Shown: positions 20,607-34,810, counted from the stretch's first letter. The stretch: DNA of 42,177 bases from Tepidiphilus sp. (GCA_028684345.1 JAQUGB010000001.1:1-42177), one strand, 5' to 3'. Notes: generated by a model not told the origin, from the sequence alone. Numbers and translations are program-made.

Positions 20607-21659
20607 TCAGCGCCAGATCGATAGTGGCGAGAGCAGCCACACCGTCACCACGAACAGCCAGACCAAGGTGATCGGGACGAAGACCTTCCACCCCAGACGC
20701 ATGATATGGTCATAACGGAACCGCGGAAAGGTGGCGCGGAACCACAGGAAGAGGAAGAGGAACACCGCCGCCTTGATGAGCAGCCAGTGCAACCCGTCGG
20801 GCAGGAAACCCACAGGAGAGAGCCAGCCGCCGAAAAAGAAGATCGAGGTGAGGACGGAGACGAGGATCATGTTGGCGTATTCGGCCAGGAAAAAGAGCGC
20901 GAACGCCATGCCGGAATACTCCACCATGTGCCCGGCGACGATCTCGGATTCGCCCTCGACCACGTCGAAGGGTGCACGGTTGGTCTCGGCCACGCCCGAG
21001 ATGAAATACACCACGGCCAGCGGCAAGAGCGGCAGCCAGTTCCAGGACAGGAACCCCAAGCCCATCTCGGCGAACCGACCCTGTGCCTGTGAATGCACGA
21101 TATCGATGAAATTGAGGCTCCCGGCCACGAGCAGCACGGAGATCAGGCCGAACCCCATCGCCACTTCGTAGGAAACCATCTGGGCCGAGGCGCGCATCGC
21201 CCCGAGAAAAGGGTATTTGGAGTTCGAGGCCCAGCCCGCGATGATCACCCCGTAGACTTCCAGCGAAGTGACGGCCAAGACGAAGAGGACGCCCGCGTTG
21301 AGGTTGGCGATCCACGTGTTCTCACCAAAGGGAATCGCCACCCAGGCGAGCAGGGCCGGCGTGAGCGCCATGATCGGCCCGATCACGTACAGCCCCTTGT
21401 TCGCCTGCGTGGGGAAGATCACTTCCTTGAAGAGGAGCTTCAAAGCGTCGGCGATCGGCTGCAGCCACCCCTTGGGGCCGACACGGTTCGGACCGATGCG
21501 CACCTGCATGTAGCCGATGACTTTGCGCTCGGCGAACGTCAGGTAGGCCACCGCCAGCATCAGGGGGATGAGGAGGACGATGATCTTCAAGAGCACCCAG
21601 ATCGCCGGCCAAGCCGGGCCGAACCACGTCGCGAGGGTTTGCCAGGTCGATTCCATCAT
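20607..21659 (-). CDS. nuoH: NADH-quinone oxidoreductase subunit H
   Basis: [32 protein letters not shown]. Confidence 0.97.
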   Translation of the reverse strand: MMESTWQTLATWFGPAWPAIWVLLKIIVLLIPLMLAVAYLTFAERKVIGYMQVRIGPNRVGPKGWLQPIADALKLLFKEVIFPTQANKGLYVIGPIMALTPALLAWVAIPFGENTWIANLNAGVLFVLAVTSLEVYGVIIAGWASNSKYPFLGAMRASAQMVSYEVAMGFGLISVLLVAGSLNFIDIVHSQAQGRFAEMGLGFLSWNWLPLLPLAVVYFISGVAETNRAPFDVVEGESEIVAGHMVEYSGMAFALFFLAEYANMILVSVLTSIFFFGGWLSPVGFLPDGLHWLLIKAAVFLFLFLWFRATFPRFRYDHIMRLGWKVFVPITLVWLFVVTVWLLSPLSIWR

Positions 21660-23968
21660 GCATGCTCCACGCTCAGCACCGCCCACGGCCGTCCCGCCTG
21701 GGCGAACACCCCGTCCAGGGCCAGCAACACGGCACCCGGCGGCACGCTCACGTCCAGCGCCACCTCGGCCACGCACCCGGCACCCAAAGCGATCCGATCC
21801 CCGTCGGTCACCTTCAGCGCCCGAGCCGTATCCGGATGGATTCGCGCCAGACGCAGACGCTGAGCCTCGGCCGTCTGCTGCAGCGGCGGAGAGCGACGCA
21901 CGATCGGATCACGTGCGTAAGGATGTGCGAGCGGGATGCGCTCCAGCCCTTCGTCGCCGGGCTGCGTCGCGGCAGTGACACCGGAAGCGCCGCTGCGCGC
22001 GAGCCGCGCCTGCCAGCCTTCGGGCAGCGCCTCGGCCTTCACCTCTTCCGAGCTCTGCTGGGAGAATCCGGCGAATCCGAGCATCGCGCCGATGGCGCGC
22101 AGCACCTTCCACCCCGGCCGGGCCTCCCCTTTGGGGCGCACCACCGCGGCGAAGGACTGCGCCATGCCGGCGAGATTGACGAACGTGCCGGAAGTTTCGG
22201 TGAAAGGGGCGACCGGCAGCAACACGTCGGCACGGGCACGTAACGCCTCTCCGGCATAGGACGTGAGGGCCACCACGGTGCGGGCACGCTCGAAAGCCGC
22301 CTGGGCTGCCATCTCGTCGGCAAAGTCTTCCGGCTCCAGGTGCAGCAACAGGTAGGCCGAGCGCGGCTGCGCGAGCGAAGCGAGTGCCGTCTCGGCGCCG
22401 ATCGCCCCCACGAGCTGCGCCCCGACGGCATTCGCCCCGGCCGGCAACCAGCCGAGCGTCGCGCCGGAAATCTGGGCCAATTCCGTGGCAAGGGACTCGA
22501 TCGCTGCCGCATCCGGATGCGCCAGGGCGAGCGCCCCGAGCCAGATCGCTCGCCGCTCACCAGAGAGCAGCTGCTGAGCGATCGCCCGTTCCGCTTCATT
22601 GGGCGCAGCAGCCTCTCCGGCTGCGCTCGGTACCGCCACACCTTTCGCTTCGGCCGCGGCACGCACCACGGCAGCAAGGCGGGCGACGAATTCACTGGGT
22701 TTGGCCGCGAGCCGCGGCGCGACCGGCAGGCGCCAGTCGTCGGCGACGAAATCGAGCGCAGCCACCTTGAGCCCGCGTTTGGCCGCCTGGCGCACGCGGT
22801 GCGCGAGGAGCGGCAGTTCCTGGCGCAAGGCGGAACCGATCACGAAGAGGCGATCGAGCGCCGCGACGTCGGCATACTCCATGCCGAGCCAGGCGACAGC
22901 ACCGCGGGCGGCATCGGCTCTGCCATCCAAGCGATCGGGGCGCGCATCGACCAGCCCCACTCCCAGAGCCTCACCCAGGCGCTTGAGCAGATGGAGCTCC
23001 TCGACGGTGGCCATGGGGTGCGCCAGGAAAGCCACCTGCCGTGCCCCCTCCTCGTCGATGACGCTCTTGAGGCGATTGACCGCCACTTCGAGCGCCGTCG
23101 CCCAATCGACTTCCACCCATTGGCCGTCGCGTTTGACGAGCGGGCTCGTGAGCCGATCGGAAGCCTCGAGCCCGGGATAGGCGAAACGGTCGCGGTCGGA
23201 GAGCCAGCATTCGTTGATCGCTTCGGTATCGAGCGGCAGCACCCGCTTGACCACGTCGTGGCGCGACTGCACGATCAGGTTGGAACCGAAACCGTCGTGC
23301 GGGCTCACCGAGCGGCGGCGGGTGAGTTCCCAGGTACGCGCCCGGTAGAGGAAGGGCTTGGACGTGAGCGCCCCGACCGGGCAGAGGTCGATGATGTTGC
23401 CCGAGAGTTCGGAGTCGACCGTGCGCCCGAGGAAGGGCATGATCTCGGCCCGCTCGCCGCGGAACGCCTGCCCCATTTCCTGATAGCCGCCGATCTCGTC
23501 GAGGAAACGTACGCAGCGGGTACAGTTGATGCAGCGCGTCATGAACGTCTGCACCAGGGGCCCGAGGTCTTTTTCGTGCACCACGCGCTTTTCTTCGTCG
23601 TAGCGCGAGACGCTTTGACCGTAGCCGACGGCCAGATCCTGCAGCTGGCACTCACCGCCCTGGTCGCAGATCGGGCAGTCGAGGGGGTGGTTGATGAGCA
23701 GAAACTCCATCACCCCCTTCTGCGCTTTCACCGCCGCCGGCGAATGCGTGTATACCTTCATCCCGTTGGTGGCGGGCGTGGCGCAGGCCGGCAGCGGCTT
23801 GGGCGCCTTTTCCACCTGGACCAGGCACATGCGGCAGTTGGCGGCGATCGACAATTTCTTGTGATAGCAGAAGTGCGGGATGTAGATGCCCAGCTTCTTC
23901 GCCGCATCCATCACGGTGCTGCCGTCGTCGACCTGGACCGGCTTCCCGTCGATTTCGAGTTCTAGCAT
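21656..23968 (-). CDS. nuoG: NADH-quinone oxidoreductase subunit G
   Basis: [34 protein letters not shown]. Confidence 0.98.
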   Translation of the reverse strand: MLELEIDGKPVQVDDGSTVMDAAKKLGIYIPHFCYHKKLSIAANCRMCLVQVEKAPKPLPACATPATNGMKVYTHSPAAVKAQKGVMEFLLINHPLDCPICDQGGECQLQDLAVGYGQSVSRYDEEKRVVHEKDLGPLVQTFMTRCINCTRCVRFLDEIGGYQEMGQAFRGERAEIMPFLGRTVDSELSGNIIDLCPVGALTSKPFLYRARTWELTRRRSVSPHDGFGSNLIVQSRHDVVKRVLPLDTEAINECWLSDRDRFAYPGLEASDRLTSPLVKRDGQWVEVDWATALEVAVNRLKSVIDEEGARQVAFLAHPMATVEELHLLKRLGEALGVGLVDARPDRLDGRADAARGAVAWLGMEYADVAALDRLFVIGSALRQELPLLAHRVRQAAKRGLKVAALDFVADDWRLPVAPRLAAKPSEFVARLAAVVRAAAEAKGVAVPSAAGEAAAPNEAERAIAQQLLSGERRAIWLGALALAHPDAAAIESLATELAQISGATLGWLPAGANAVGAQLVGAIGAETALASLAQPRSAYLLLHLEPEDFADEMAAQAAFERARTVVALTSYAGEALRARADVLLPVAPFTETSGTFVNLAGMAQSFAAVVRPKGEARPGWKVLRAIGAMLGFAGFSQQSSEEVKAEALPEGWQARLARSGASGVTAATQPGDEGLERIPLAHPYARDPIVRRSPPLQQTAEAQRLRLARIHPDTARALKVTDGDRIALGAGCVAEVALDVSVPPGAVLLALDGVFAQAGRPWAVLSVEHA

Positions 23969-25281
23969 GACGGCCCCACGTAGATTTCACTTCCCGCCCG
24001 CTGCAGTTCGGGCGGCACCAGACACTGCTTGTGTTCGATGTGATGCTCGAATTCGCTGCGGAAATGCTTGACGAAGCTCTGCACCGGCATCGAAGCGGCA
24101 TCCCCCAGGGCGCAGATGGTGCGCCCCATGATGTTGCCGGTGACCGACTCGAGCAGCGCGAGATCTTCGGGCCGCCCCTGGCCATGCTCGATGCGATGCA
24201 CCACGCGATAGAGCCAGCCGGTACCTTCACGGCACGGCGTACATTGCCCGCAGGATTCTTCGAAATAAAAGTAGGAGAGACGCTCCAGGGCTTTGACCAT
24301 GCAGGTCGTCTCGTCCATCACGATCACCGCCCCCGAACCGAGCATGGAGCCGGCTTTGGCGATGGAATCGTAGTCCATCGTACACTGCATCATGATTTCG
24401 GCCGGCAGCACCGGAGCCGAGGAGCCACCGGGAATCACCGCCTTGAGCTTGCGCCCGCCGCGCACGCCGCCGGCCATCTCCAGCAGCTCGGCAAAGGGCG
24501 TGCCCAGAGGCACTTCGTAGTTGCCGGGACGATTGACGTGGCCGGACACCGAGAAGATCTTCGTGCCGCCGTTGTTGGGCTTGCCGAGGTTGAGGAACGC
24601 TTCCCCGCCCATCTGCAGGATGAAGGGGACGGAGGCGAAGGTCTCGGTGTTGTTGATCGTGGTGGGTTTGCCGTAGAGGCCGAAACTCGCCGGGAAAGGC
24701 GGCTTGAAGCGCGGCTGCCCTTTTTTGCCCTCGATCGACTCGAGCAGCGCCGTCTCCTCGCCGCAAATGTAGGCGCCGTAGCCGTGATGTGCGTAGAGGT
24801 CGAAGGAGAAGTCGCTGCCGAGGATGTTCTCGCCGAGGTATCCTGCGGCGCGGGCTTCCTCGAGCGCCTCTTCGAAACGCAGATAGACTTCGAAGATTTC
24901 ACCGTGGATATAGTTATAGCCGCGCCGGCATCCCATGGCATAACCGGCGATGATCATGCCCTCGATGACGGCGTGCGGATTGTAGCGCAGGATGTCGCGG
25001 TCCTTGAAGGTGCCCGGCTCGCCCTCGTCGGAGTTGCACACGACGTACTTCTCGCCGGGAAATTGCCGCGGCATGAAGCTCCACTTCAGACCGGTGGGGA
25101 AGCCCGCGCCGCCGCGGCCGCGCAGGCCCGACGCCTTGACTTCCTGGATCACCTGCTCCGGCGGCACTTTCTCCGCCAGGAGCCGGCGCAGGGCCGAATA
25201 GCCGCCGCGCGCTTCGTAGTCTTTCAGCCGCCAGGTGCGGTCGCCGTCGAGTCCTTTGAGGATCAGTCCTTGCGCGCTCAT
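23962..25281 (-). CDS. nuoF: NADH-quinone oxidoreductase subunit F
   Basis: [41 protein letters not shown]. Confidence 0.98.
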   Translation of the reverse strand: MSAQGLILKGLDGDRTWRLKDYEARGGYSALRRLLAEKVPPEQVIQEVKASGLRGRGGAGFPTGLKWSFMPRQFPGEKYVVCNSDEGEPGTFKDRDILRYNPHAVIEGMIIAGYAMGCRRGYNYIHGEIFEVYLRFEEALEEARAAGYLGENILGSDFSFDLYAHHGYGAYICGEETALLESIEGKKGQPRFKPPFPASFGLYGKPTTINNTETFASVPFILQMGGEAFLNLGKPNNGGTKIFSVSGHVNRPGNYEVPLGTPFAELLEMAGGVRGGRKLKAVIPGGSSAPVLPAEIMMQCTMDYDSIAKAGSMLGSGAVIVMDETTCMVKALERLSYFYFEESCGQCTPCREGTGWLYRVVHRIEHGQGRPEDLALLESVTGNIMGRTICALGDAASMPVQSFVKHFRSEFEHHIEHKQCLVPPELQRAGSEIYVGPSC

Positions 25282-25757
25282 TTGGCCCTCAGCTGCTCGA
25301 TGAGCTGGTCGATCTTTTCTTTGGTCATCCAGCTGCACATGTGGTGGTTGTTGACGAGCATCACTGGAGCGTCGCCGCACGCCCCCATGCACTCGCCCTC
25401 CTTGAGGGTGAAGAGACCGTCGGACGTGGTCTCGCCGAAGTCGATGCCGAGCTTCTCCTTGAGGTATTCGGCAGCATGAGCCCCACCCGAGAGGGCGCAC
25501 GGCAGGTTGGTGCACACGGTGATCTTGTGCTTGCCCACCGGCTCGAGATCGTACATGTTGTAGAAAGTCGCCACTTCATAAGCAGCCACGGGCGGGATCT
25601 CGAGATAGCCGGCGACGAATTCGATCGTCTCCGGGGCGAGCCACCCCTTCTCCTCCTGCGCGATGCGCAGCGCCGCCATCACCGCCGAGCGTTTCTGCCC
25701 TTCGGGGTACTTGGCGATTTCACGATCGATTTTTGCGAGCGAGTCTTGACTCAGCAT
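25278..25757 (-). CDS. nuoE: NADH-quinone oxidoreductase subunit E
   Basis: [20 protein letters not shown]. Confidence 0.97.
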   Translation of the reverse strand: MLSQDSLAKIDREIAKYPEGQKRSAVMAALRIAQEEKGWLAPETIEFVAGYLEIPPVAAYEVATFYNMYDLEPVGKHKITVCTNLPCALSGGAHAAEYLKEKLGIDFGETTSDGLFTLKEGECMGACGDAPVMLVNNHHMCSWMTKEKIDQLIEQLRAK

Positions 25758-25777
25758 GGTCGTGCGTTCTCCCCGTC

Positions 25778-27031
25778 TCAGCGGTCGATCTCGCCGAAGA
25801 CGATGTCCATGGTCCCGATGATCGCCACCACGTCGGCGACGAGATGGCCCCGCGCCATGCGATCCATCGCCGAGAGGTGCGCGAAGCCCGGCGCGCGCAG
25901 CTTGACGCGGTAGGGTTTGTTGGCGCCGTCGGAGACGGCGTAGACGCCGAATTCGCCCTTGGGGTGCTCGACCGCGGCATAGACTTCACCCGGCGGCACG
26001 TGGATGCCCTCGGTCATCAGCTTGAAGTGATGGATGAGTTCCTCCATGCCTTCTTTCATCTTGGCCCGGGGCGGCGGTGCGACCTTGTGGTTGTCGGTGA
26101 TCACCGGGCCCGGGTTCTTGCGCAGCCAGTCGATGCACTGCTTGATGATACGGTTCGATTGACGCATCTCTTCCATGCGCACCAGGTAGCGGTCGTAGCA
26201 GTCGCCGTTGGTACCCACGGGAACGTCGAATTCGAGCTGGTCGTAGACCTCGTAGGGCTGCTTCTTGCGTAGATCCCAAGCCACGCCGGAGCCACGCAGC
26301 ATGGGTCCGGTGAAGCCCCAAGCGAGCGCCTGCTCGGGCGAGACGACGCCGATGCCGACGGTGCGCTGTTTCCAGATGCGGTTGTCGGTGAGCAGCTCGT
26401 GATAATCGTCGAGATACTTGGGGAAGCGCTCGGTGAAATCTTCGAGAAAGTCGAGCAGCGACCCTTCGCGGTTGCGGTTGAGCTCGCGTACGCGCCTCTC
26501 GTCCTTGACTTTGCTCACCTGATACTTGGGCATCTGGTCGGGCAGATCGCGATAGACTCCGCCGGGCCGGTAATAGGCCGCATGCATGCGCGCGCCAGAA
26601 ACCGCCTCGTACGCGTCCATGAGATCCTCGCGCTCGCGGAAGGTGTAGAGCACCATGGTCATGGCGCCGATGTCGAGCGCGTGCGTCCCGATATTGAGCA
26701 GGTGATTGAGGATGCGCGTGATCTCGTCGAACATCACCCGGATGTACTGGGCGCGGATCGGCACTTCGATACCCAGCAGCCGTTCGATGGCCATGCAGTA
26801 GGCGTGCTCGTTGCACATCATCGAAACGTAGTCGAGCCGGTCCATGTAAGGAACCGATTGCACCCAGGTGCGTGTCTCGGCGAGCTTTTCCGTGCCGCGG
26901 TGCAGCAGCCCGATGTGCGGATCGGCACGAGCGACGACTTCCCCGTCGAGCTCGAGGATGAGCCTCAGCACGCCATGCGCGGAAGGGTGCTGCGGGCCGA
27001 AGTTGATGGTGTAGTTGCGGATCTCAGCCAT
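25778..27031 (-). CDS. nuoD: NADH-quinone oxidoreductase subunit D
   Basis: [29 protein letters not shown]. Confidence 0.98.
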   Translation of the reverse strand: MAEIRNYTINFGPQHPSAHGVLRLILELDGEVVARADPHIGLLHRGTEKLAETRTWVQSVPYMDRLDYVSMMCNEHAYCMAIERLLGIEVPIRAQYIRVMFDEITRILNHLLNIGTHALDIGAMTMVLYTFREREDLMDAYEAVSGARMHAAYYRPGGVYRDLPDQMPKYQVSKVKDERRVRELNRNREGSLLDFLEDFTERFPKYLDDYHELLTDNRIWKQRTVGIGVVSPEQALAWGFTGPMLRGSGVAWDLRKKQPYEVYDQLEFDVPVGTNGDCYDRYLVRMEEMRQSNRIIKQCIDWLRKNPGPVITDNHKVAPPPRAKMKEGMEELIHHFKLMTEGIHVPPGEVYAAVEHPKGEFGVYAVSDGANKPYRVKLRAPGFAHLSAMDRMARGHLVADVVAIIGTMDIVFGEIDR

Positions 27032-27626
27032 GGTCGACGTCCCCGTAATGGGCTTCACGCACGATGCGCGGCGCATTGACGCGCGGCTCGATCGTGACGG
27101 GTTGGTAGATCACGCGGCGCAAATGAGGATCATAGCGCATCTCGACGTGGCCGCTCACCGGGAAGTCTTTACGCAGCGGATGGCCTACGAATCCATAGTC
27201 GGTGAGGATGCGCCGCAGATCGGGATGCCCATCGAAAAGAATGCCAAAGAGGTCGAAGGCCTCGCGCTCGTACCAATCGACACTGGGCCAGACCTCGATC
27301 ACGGACGGAATCAGAGGAAACTCATCGTCTTCGGCGAAGACTTTGACGCGCAGGCGCACGTTGTGGCGCAAGGAGAGCAGATGGACGGCCACGGCGTAGC
27401 GGTGACCAAGCCACGGGCGATTACCATAGGTGGAATAATCCAGACCCGAGAGGTCGATGAGCTGCTCGAAAGCCAGCTCGGGATGGTCCCGCAGCAACTG
27501 GGCCACGACGGGATAGTCGGCAGCGCTCACGCGCAAGGTCACCTCGCCACGGTCGAGGAGCACCTCGAGCACCTTGTCGCCAAGCACCTCCTGTAGCGTT
27601 TGCGCCAAACGTTCGATGCGACTCAT
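27024..27626 (-). CDS. nuoC: NADH-quinone oxidoreductase subunit C
   Basis: [31 protein letters not shown]. Confidence 0.97.
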   Translation of the reverse strand: MSRIERLAQTLQEVLGDKVLEVLLDRGEVTLRVSAADYPVVAQLLRDHPELAFEQLIDLSGLDYSTYGNRPWLGHRYAVAVHLLSLRHNVRLRVKVFAEDDEFPLIPSVIEVWPSVDWYEREAFDLFGILFDGHPDLRRILTDYGFVGHPLRKDFPVSGHVEMRYDPHLRRVIYQPVTIEPRVNAPRIVREAHYGDVDHG

Positions 27627-27642
27627 GCTGGGTCTCCGGGGC

Positions 27643-28119
27643 TCAACGCGCGATGGTCGAGGTGCGCTTGATCTTGTTCTGCAGCTGGATGATGCCGTAG
27701 AGCAGGGCTTCGGCCGTGGGCGGACAACCCGGCACGTAGATATCGACGGGAACGATGCGGTCACAGCCGCGCACCACCGAGTACGAATAATGGTAGTAGC
27801 CGCCGCCGTTGGCGCAGGAACCCATGGAAATCACCCAGCGCGGCTCGGGCATTTGATCGTATACCTTACGCAGTGCCGGCGCCATCTTGTTGCACAGGGT
27901 ACCAGCGACGATCATCACGTCGGACTGGCGCGGGCTGGGACGGAAGACGACGCCAAAGCGGTCGAGATCGTAGCGCGCACAGCCGGCGTGGATCATCTCG
28001 ACGGCGCAGCAGGCCAGACCAAACGTCATGGGCCACAGCGAACCGGTGCGGGTCCAGTTGAGGACCGTGTCGAGCGAAGTGGTGAGAAACCCCTCGCGCA
28101 TGACGCCTTCGATGCTCAT
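27643..28119 (-). CDS. nuoB: NADH-quinone oxidoreductase subunit B
   Basis: [24 protein letters not shown]. Confidence 0.98.
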   Translation of the reverse strand: MSIEGVMREGFLTTSLDTVLNWTRTGSLWPMTFGLACCAVEMIHAGCARYDLDRFGVVFRPSPRQSDVMIVAGTLCNKMAPALRKVYDQMPEPRWVISMGSCANGGGYYHYSYSVVRGCDRIVPVDIYVPGCPPTAEALLYGIIQLQNKIKRTSTIAR

Positions 28120-28123
28120 CGTT

Positions 28124-28498
28124 TCACTCCCAGTCGAGCGCGCCGTTCTTCCACTCGACGATATAGCCGATCACCAGCACCGCAAGGAAAACCATGACGG
28201 TGCCAAACACATAGAGCGCGTGCGCCCCCTCGGCGATCATGTCTTTGAAGACTACCGCCCAAGGGAAGAGGAAAGCGATTTCCAGATCGAACAAAATGAA
28301 GAGGATCGCAATGAGGTAATAGCGCACGTCGAAGCGGATGCGCGCATCCTCGAACGGCTCGAAACCACACTCGTAGGGCGAGAGTTTTTCCGGATCGGGG
28401 CGACTCGGTCCGAGCAAACGCCCGAGAAGGAGAGGCGCCATGCTGAAGAGCAGCGCAACGACGAGAAACACGAATACCGGGAAATAATTCTCGACCAT
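28124..28498 (-). CDS. nuoA: NADH-quinone oxidoreductase subunit A
   Basis: [25 protein letters not shown]. Confidence 0.97.
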   Translation of the reverse strand: MVENYFPVFVFLVVALLFSMAPLLLGRLLGPSRPDPEKLSPYECGFEPFEDARIRFDVRYYLIAILFILFDLEIAFLFPWAVVFKDMIAEGAHALYVFGTVMVFLAVLVIGYIVEWKNGALDWE

Positions 28499-28627
28499 GA
28501 TCACCTCTCGGCTGCCCAATCCGCCCGGAACACTGGTCCATCATAGCGCAAAACATCTCGCGATTCAGGACTCGGACGAACAAGAACCTGGTGCCGTCGT
28601 AGTTATTTATTTATCATAGATTCGACG

Positions 28628-28657
28628 AAAAAAAAGCAGCGATTTTTCAGCTGCTTT
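28628..28657 (-). terminator. Intrinsic terminator after tRNA-Leu
   Basis: AAAGCAGC...GCTGCTTT stem running into a T8 tract on the minus strand. Confidence 0.75.
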
Positions 28658-28658
28658 C

Positions 28659-28743
28659 TGGTGCCGACGGTGAGACTCGAACTCACACGGCTTGCGCCAC
28701 CACCCCCTCAAGATGGCGTGTCTACCAATTCCACCACGTCGGC
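28659..28743 (-). tRNA. tRNA-Leu(GAG)
   Basis: GCCGACGTGGTGGAATTGGTAGACACGCCATCTTGAGGGGGTGGTGGCGCAAGCCGTGTGAGTTCGAGTCTCACCGTCGGCACCA; 85 nt, long variable arm, encoded CCA. Confidence 0.97.
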
Positions 28744-28758
28744 TTGCGTAATTCGTAA

Positions 28759-28788
28759 ATTATAACGCAAAGAGACGATTTTTTGCAA
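28759..28788 (-). promoter_or_regulatory. Sigma70 promoter of tRNA-Leu
   Basis: TTGCAA-18 bp-TATAAT, ending 15 nt before the tRNA. Confidence 0.65.
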
Positions 28789-28799
28789 GCGGCTCTTCT

Positions 28800-29147
28800 T
28801 TATTGCGGCACGGCCGGCGCCTGAGAGCCGGGCACGGGTGCACTCGGTTGCGGCAGCGCTTCGATCGGCGCCGCCTCCATGACGCTACCGCTGCCTTGAT
28901 CGAGGCGCTGACTGGCCAAATACGTCAAAGCCAAGCTCGTCAAGAAAAACAGCGTTGCGAGCACTGCGGTGGTACGGCTGAGGAAATTCGCCCCGCCGCT
29001 CGCCCCGAAGAGGCTGGCCGAAGAACCACCTCCGAAGGCAGCCCCTGCGTCCGCCCCTTTCCCCCGTTGGAGCAGCACCAAAGCGATCAAGGCAACCGCA
29101 ATCAAGACATGGACCGTCAATATGGCCGAAAACCAGACTCCCGACAT
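28800..29147 (-). CDS. secG: Preprotein translocase subunit SecG
   Basis: [32 protein letters not shown]. Confidence 0.96.
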   Translation of the reverse strand: MSGVWFSAILTVHVLIAVALIALVLLQRGKGADAGAAFGGGSSASLFGASGGANFLSRTTAVLATLFFLTSLALTYLASQRLDQGSGSVMEAAPIEALPQPSAPVPGSQAPAVPQ

Positions 29148-29156
29148 TCTCTTCTC

Positions 29157-29918
29157 CTAACTTCCTTGCGCCGCATGCGCGGCCGCCGCTGCGATGGCAG
29201 CAAATTCCCCGACGACTCGGGAGGCCGCGCCGACGAGCACGCCGTCGCAACCGGGAACGGCGAAAATGCTCGGGGCGTTGTCCGCTTTGACGCTGCCACC
29301 ATAGAGGAGCACGAGATCGCGCTGCGACATGCCGAACGCCACCAGCTGCTCACGCAAAAACGCATGCGTCTCGGCGATGTCCCGTGGCTCGGCGCTCCGC
29401 CCCGTGCCGATCGCCCAGACCGGTTCGTACGCGAACCAGGCACGGGCGCATTTATCGACTCCGAGCCGAGTGACGAGCGCCCTCAGCTGCCCCTCGAGTG
29501 TCTCGCGCCAACCGCCGGATTCACGCTCGGCAAGCGTCTCGCCGACGCAGACCACAGGCCGAACGCTGGCCGCCAACAAACGATCAATTTTATCAGCAAT
29601 CCGCTCGTCCGTCTCGCCGAAATACCGTCGCCGCTCCGAATGTCCGACGAGGGCATAGCGGCAGCCGAATTCGGCGAGCATTCCCGCGTGGACCTCGCCC
29701 GTGTAGGCGCCGGCACCGAACGGGCTGACGTTCTGCGCCCCCCAGCCGATCTCCGTTCCTTCCAGTATCGCTTTCGCCTGGGGAAGATACGGACAAGGGA
29801 CGCATACACCGACTTCCACGCCGGCAGCAGGAGCATGCTGGGCGAGCGCAGTGAGCAGCACGACGTTACTGGCCGTATCGCCGACCGACTTCCAGTTGCC
29901 GAGTACGATTTTCTTCAT
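29157..29918 (-). CDS. tpiA: Triosephosphate isomerase
   Basis: [34 protein letters not shown]. Confidence 0.96.
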   Translation of the reverse strand: MKKIVLGNWKSVGDTASNVVLLTALAQHAPAAGVEVGVCVPCPYLPQAKAILEGTEIGWGAQNVSPFGAGAYTGEVHAGMLAEFGCRYALVGHSERRRYFGETDERIADKIDRLLAASVRPVVCVGETLAERESGGWRETLEGQLRALVTRLGVDKCARAWFAYEPVWAIGTGRSAEPRDIAETHAFLREQLVAFGMSQRDLVLLYGGSVKADNAPSIFAVPGCDGVLVGAASRVVGEFAAIAAAAAHAAQGS

Positions 29919-31300
29919 GGGTTGGCCCCCGAAGGCATCGATGCGCATTCCGTGGCGAGCGACGACTCGATCGCCGCGACGAGCGCATCGGCCCAACGCC
30001 GTACCAGCGCGGCATCGCGCCCTTCCACCATGACGCGCAACAGCGGCTCGGTTCCCGAGGGGCGCAACAGGATGCGCCCTCCCGCGGCCAGTTCGGCCTC
30101 GGCGGCGCGGCAAGCGGCGAGCACGCCTGGATGAGCCTGCCAGTCATAGCCGCGCGGCACGGAGACATTGCGCAGCACTTGGGGATAGCGCACGAGGTCG
30201 GCGCAGGCTTGCGCCAGGGTCTCACCGCGGCGGCGCAAAGCGGCCAAGACCTGCAAGGCGCTGATGATACCGTCGCCCGTGGTATGTACGCCGAGGCACA
30301 GCAAATGCCCAGAACTCTCGCCTCCATACTCCCACTCGCGCTCGCGCAACACCTCGGCCACGTAGCGATCGCCCACCTTGGCGCGCTCGAATCGCACCCC
30401 GAGCCTGTGCACGGCGTGCTCCAACCCCAGGTTCGACATCAGCGTACCGACCACTCCGCCGGGGCGCTGCCCTGCCAGCACACGGTCGCGCACGATCACG
30501 TAGAGGAGCGCATCGCCATCGTAGAGGCGCGCTTCGGCGTCGGCCATGATCACCCGGTCGCCATCGCCGTCGAGGGCGATGCCCAAATCGGCACGGTGCG
30601 CTCGTACCATGGCCTGCAGGTATTCGGGATGCGTCGCCCCGACACTCTCGTTGATGTTGAATCCGTTGGGCTGGTTGGCGAGCGCCACCACCTCCGCGCC
30701 GAGTTCGTGAAACACCGCCGGCGCGACCTGATAGGCTGCGCCGTGGGCACAATCCAGTACCAGGCGCAGCCCATCGAGCGACATCGAAGCGGGGAAAGTG
30801 CTCTTGCAGAATTCGATGTAGCGCCCCGCGGCATCGTCCAAGCGCCTGGCACGTCCCAGCTCGTGCGCTTCGCGGCAAACGAGAGGCGATTCGACCGTCG
30901 CTTCGATCTCGGCCTCCAATTCATCGGACAGTTTCTCGCCATTCGGGCCGAAAAACTTGATGCCGTTGTCGGGATAGGGATTGTGCGAGGCGCTCACCAC
31001 GATTCCTGCCTCCAAGCGCAAGGCGCGGGTGAGATAAGCCACCCCAGGCGTGGGCAAGGGGCCACACAGCACCACGTCGACGCCGGCCGCCGACAAACCG
31101 GCCTCGAGCGCCGACTCGATCATGTAGCCGGAGATGCGCGTATCCTTGCCGATGAGTACCGCCGCGCGCTTGGCGCCACCGTGCGCGTGACGCGCGAGCA
31201 CCCGCCCGGCGGCATGCCCGAGCTTGAGGACGAACTCCGGCGACATCAGCGGCTCGCCGACGCGCGCGCGAATCCCGTCGGTACCGAAATAACGACCCAT
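29915..31300 (-). CDS. glmM: Phosphoglucosamine mutase
   Basis: YFGTDG, SASHNP, DGDGDR, GGESSGH, RPSGTEP. Confidence 0.97.
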   Translation of the reverse strand: MGRYFGTDGIRARVGEPLMSPEFVLKLGHAAGRVLARHAHGGAKRAAVLIGKDTRISGYMIESALEAGLSAAGVDVVLCGPLPTPGVAYLTRALRLEAGIVVSASHNPYPDNGIKFFGPNGEKLSDELEAEIEATVESPLVCREAHELGRARRLDDAAGRYIEFCKSTFPASMSLDGLRLVLDCAHGAAYQVAPAVFHELGAEVVALANQPNGFNINESVGATHPEYLQAMVRAHRADLGIALDGDGDRVIMADAEARLYDGDALLYVIVRDRVLAGQRPGGVVGTLMSNLGLEHAVHRLGVRFERAKVGDRYVAEVLREREWEYGGESSGHLLCLGVHTTGDGIISALQVLAALRRRGETLAQACADLVRYPQVLRNVSVPRGYDWQAHPGVLAACRAAEAELAAGGRILLRPSGTEPLLRVMVEGRDAALVRRWADALVAAIESSLATECASMPSGANP

Positions 31301-31357
31301 TCTTAGACCCTATGCTGCGCAGGGTGCGAATTGTCGCACGAAATCAGGGGAAAAGGC

Positions 31358-32202
31358 TCAGACCGTCGTTGCGTCGCCAGAAGAGGGCCCGAACGCGCGC
31401 AGGATTTCACGGGCATCGACCGTGGCGGCCACGTCGTGCACGCGCACGATGGCGGCGCCATGAACCCACGCGAGCACGGCGGCCGCGAGGCTGCCGGCGA
31501 GCCGCTCGCCCACGGGCCGGCCCGTGATCTGGCCGATCATGGTTTTGCGCGACACCCCCACCAGGAGCGGCTGGCGCGCCGCCAAGCGCGGCAGGGCGCG
31601 AAAGAGCGCCGCGTTGTGCTCCAGCGTCTTGCCAAAACCAAACCCCGGGTCCCAAAGGATGCGCTCGCGCGCCACGCCCGCCGCCTGCAGCGCCGCGGTT
31701 CGTTCTTCGAGGAATTCCTCGACCTCGGCGAGCACGTCCGTATAGACGGGAGAGTGCTGCATGGTGCGCGGCTCGCCTTTCATGTGCATGACGCACAAGG
31801 CGCAGTCGCTGGCGGCCACCGCCTCGATGGCGCCGGGCAGGCGGAATCCGGCCACGTCGTTGATGAGATCGGCCCCCACGCGCAGCACCTCGCGCATCAC
31901 TTCGGGTTTCATGGTGTCGACCGACAGCGGCACCGGCGCCCCTTTCAGGGCTTCCAGCACCGGCAGCAAGCGCTCGAGCTCCTGCTCGGCCGGCACGGGT
32001 TCGGCCCCGGGGCGCGTCGATTCCGCGCCGAAATCGAGCAGATCGACCCCCGCCGCGATGAAGGCCTCAGCCTGGCGCAGCGCCCGATCGCGCTGCGCGC
32101 CGAGCCCGTCGCCGGAGAAGGAATCCTCGGTGAGATTGACGATGCCCATCACTTTCGGCTCGGAGAGATCGAGCCGAAAGCGCCCCGCCTGCAGCCACCG
32201 CA

Positions 32203-32203
<1 letters not shown>
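31358..32203 (-). CDS. folP: Dihydropteroate synthase
   Basis: MGIVNLTEDSFSGDG, ESTRPGA, DPGFGFGK, GVSRK, RVHDV. Start ATG 32203 or GTG 32206. Confidence 0.97.
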
Positions 32204-34122
<1,919 letters not shown>

Positions 34123-34167
34123 GGGACGAACTCCTAGATGATGCTACCCAGTGCTGCTTCAGAGCCC

Positions 34168-34196
34168 ATTCTAGAGGCGTTTGTTCCGTGCGCCAA
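34168..34196 (-). promoter_or_regulatory. Putative sigma70 promoter of ftsH
   Basis: TTGGCG-17 bp-TAGAAT on the minus strand. Confidence 0.5.
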
Positions 34197-34211
34197 GAGG
34201 AAACGCGATCG

Positions 34212-34260
34212 AAAAAAACGATCGCGGCGACGTGACCATGCAATCACGCGCCGCGACCGT
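34212..34260 (-). terminator. Long-stem intrinsic terminator after the Spy-like gene
   Basis: Minus strand reads ACGGTCGCGGCG-CGTGA-loop-TCACG-T-CGCCGCGATCG-TTTTTTT. Confidence 0.6.
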
Positions 34261-34273
34261 CCCGGCAAGACGC

Positions 34274-34810
34274 TCAGCGCTGCCGCGGACCACCTCCTCC
34301 TTTACCCCAGCGCATGAACTCCCGATCGAACACGTCACGCTGCGCGTCGTCGAGCTGGAGGTAAAACTTTTGCACCGCCTCGCGCAGGCTGCGTACTGCT
34401 TCGAGATGGGCCGCCAAGCGCTCCTCGCGTTCCTGCAGCCGTCCCAGCGCCGTCACGGGGCGCTGACTTTGCTCCCAGCGATAGGAGAAGAACCGTTCCC
34501 GGTGCGCGCTCCAGACGGCGAGGAGCTCCTCCCAGGCGGCGCGCTGCTCCGGGCGAAGGTTCAGCAACCCCTCCAGGCGCTTCACCTCGGCGTCGTGGCG
34601 CTGCTGCATACGTTCGCGCCATTGCTCTGGCGTCATCTGCGGGCGCACCGCCGGGCCGGCACCGGGCCCCGTCGGGGCGGACCCCATGGGGGCGGCAGGC
34701 GCCGGCTGCTGGGCAAACCCGGCTCCCGCCGCCCCAATCAGCGCCAGAGCGACGAGGCCGTGCCGCCAGCGGCGATTCAGACCGTTTTTCCTCATCCGAG
34801 CATCCATCAT
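34274..34810 (-). CDS. Spy/CpxP-family (LTXXQ motif) periplasmic protein
   Basis: Signal peptide (..LVALALIGAAGAGFA-QQ), LNLRPEQ and LDDAQ motifs; divergent from a two-component system. Confidence 0.75.
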   Translation of the reverse strand: MMDARMRKNGLNRRWRHGLVALALIGAAGAGFAQQPAPAAPMGSAPTGPGAGPAVRPQMTPEQWRERMQQRHDAEVKRLEGLLNLRPEQRAAWEELLAVWSAHRERFFSYRWEQSQRPVTALGRLQEREERLAAHLEAVRSLREAVQKFYLQLDDAQRDVFDREFMRWGKGGGGPRQR

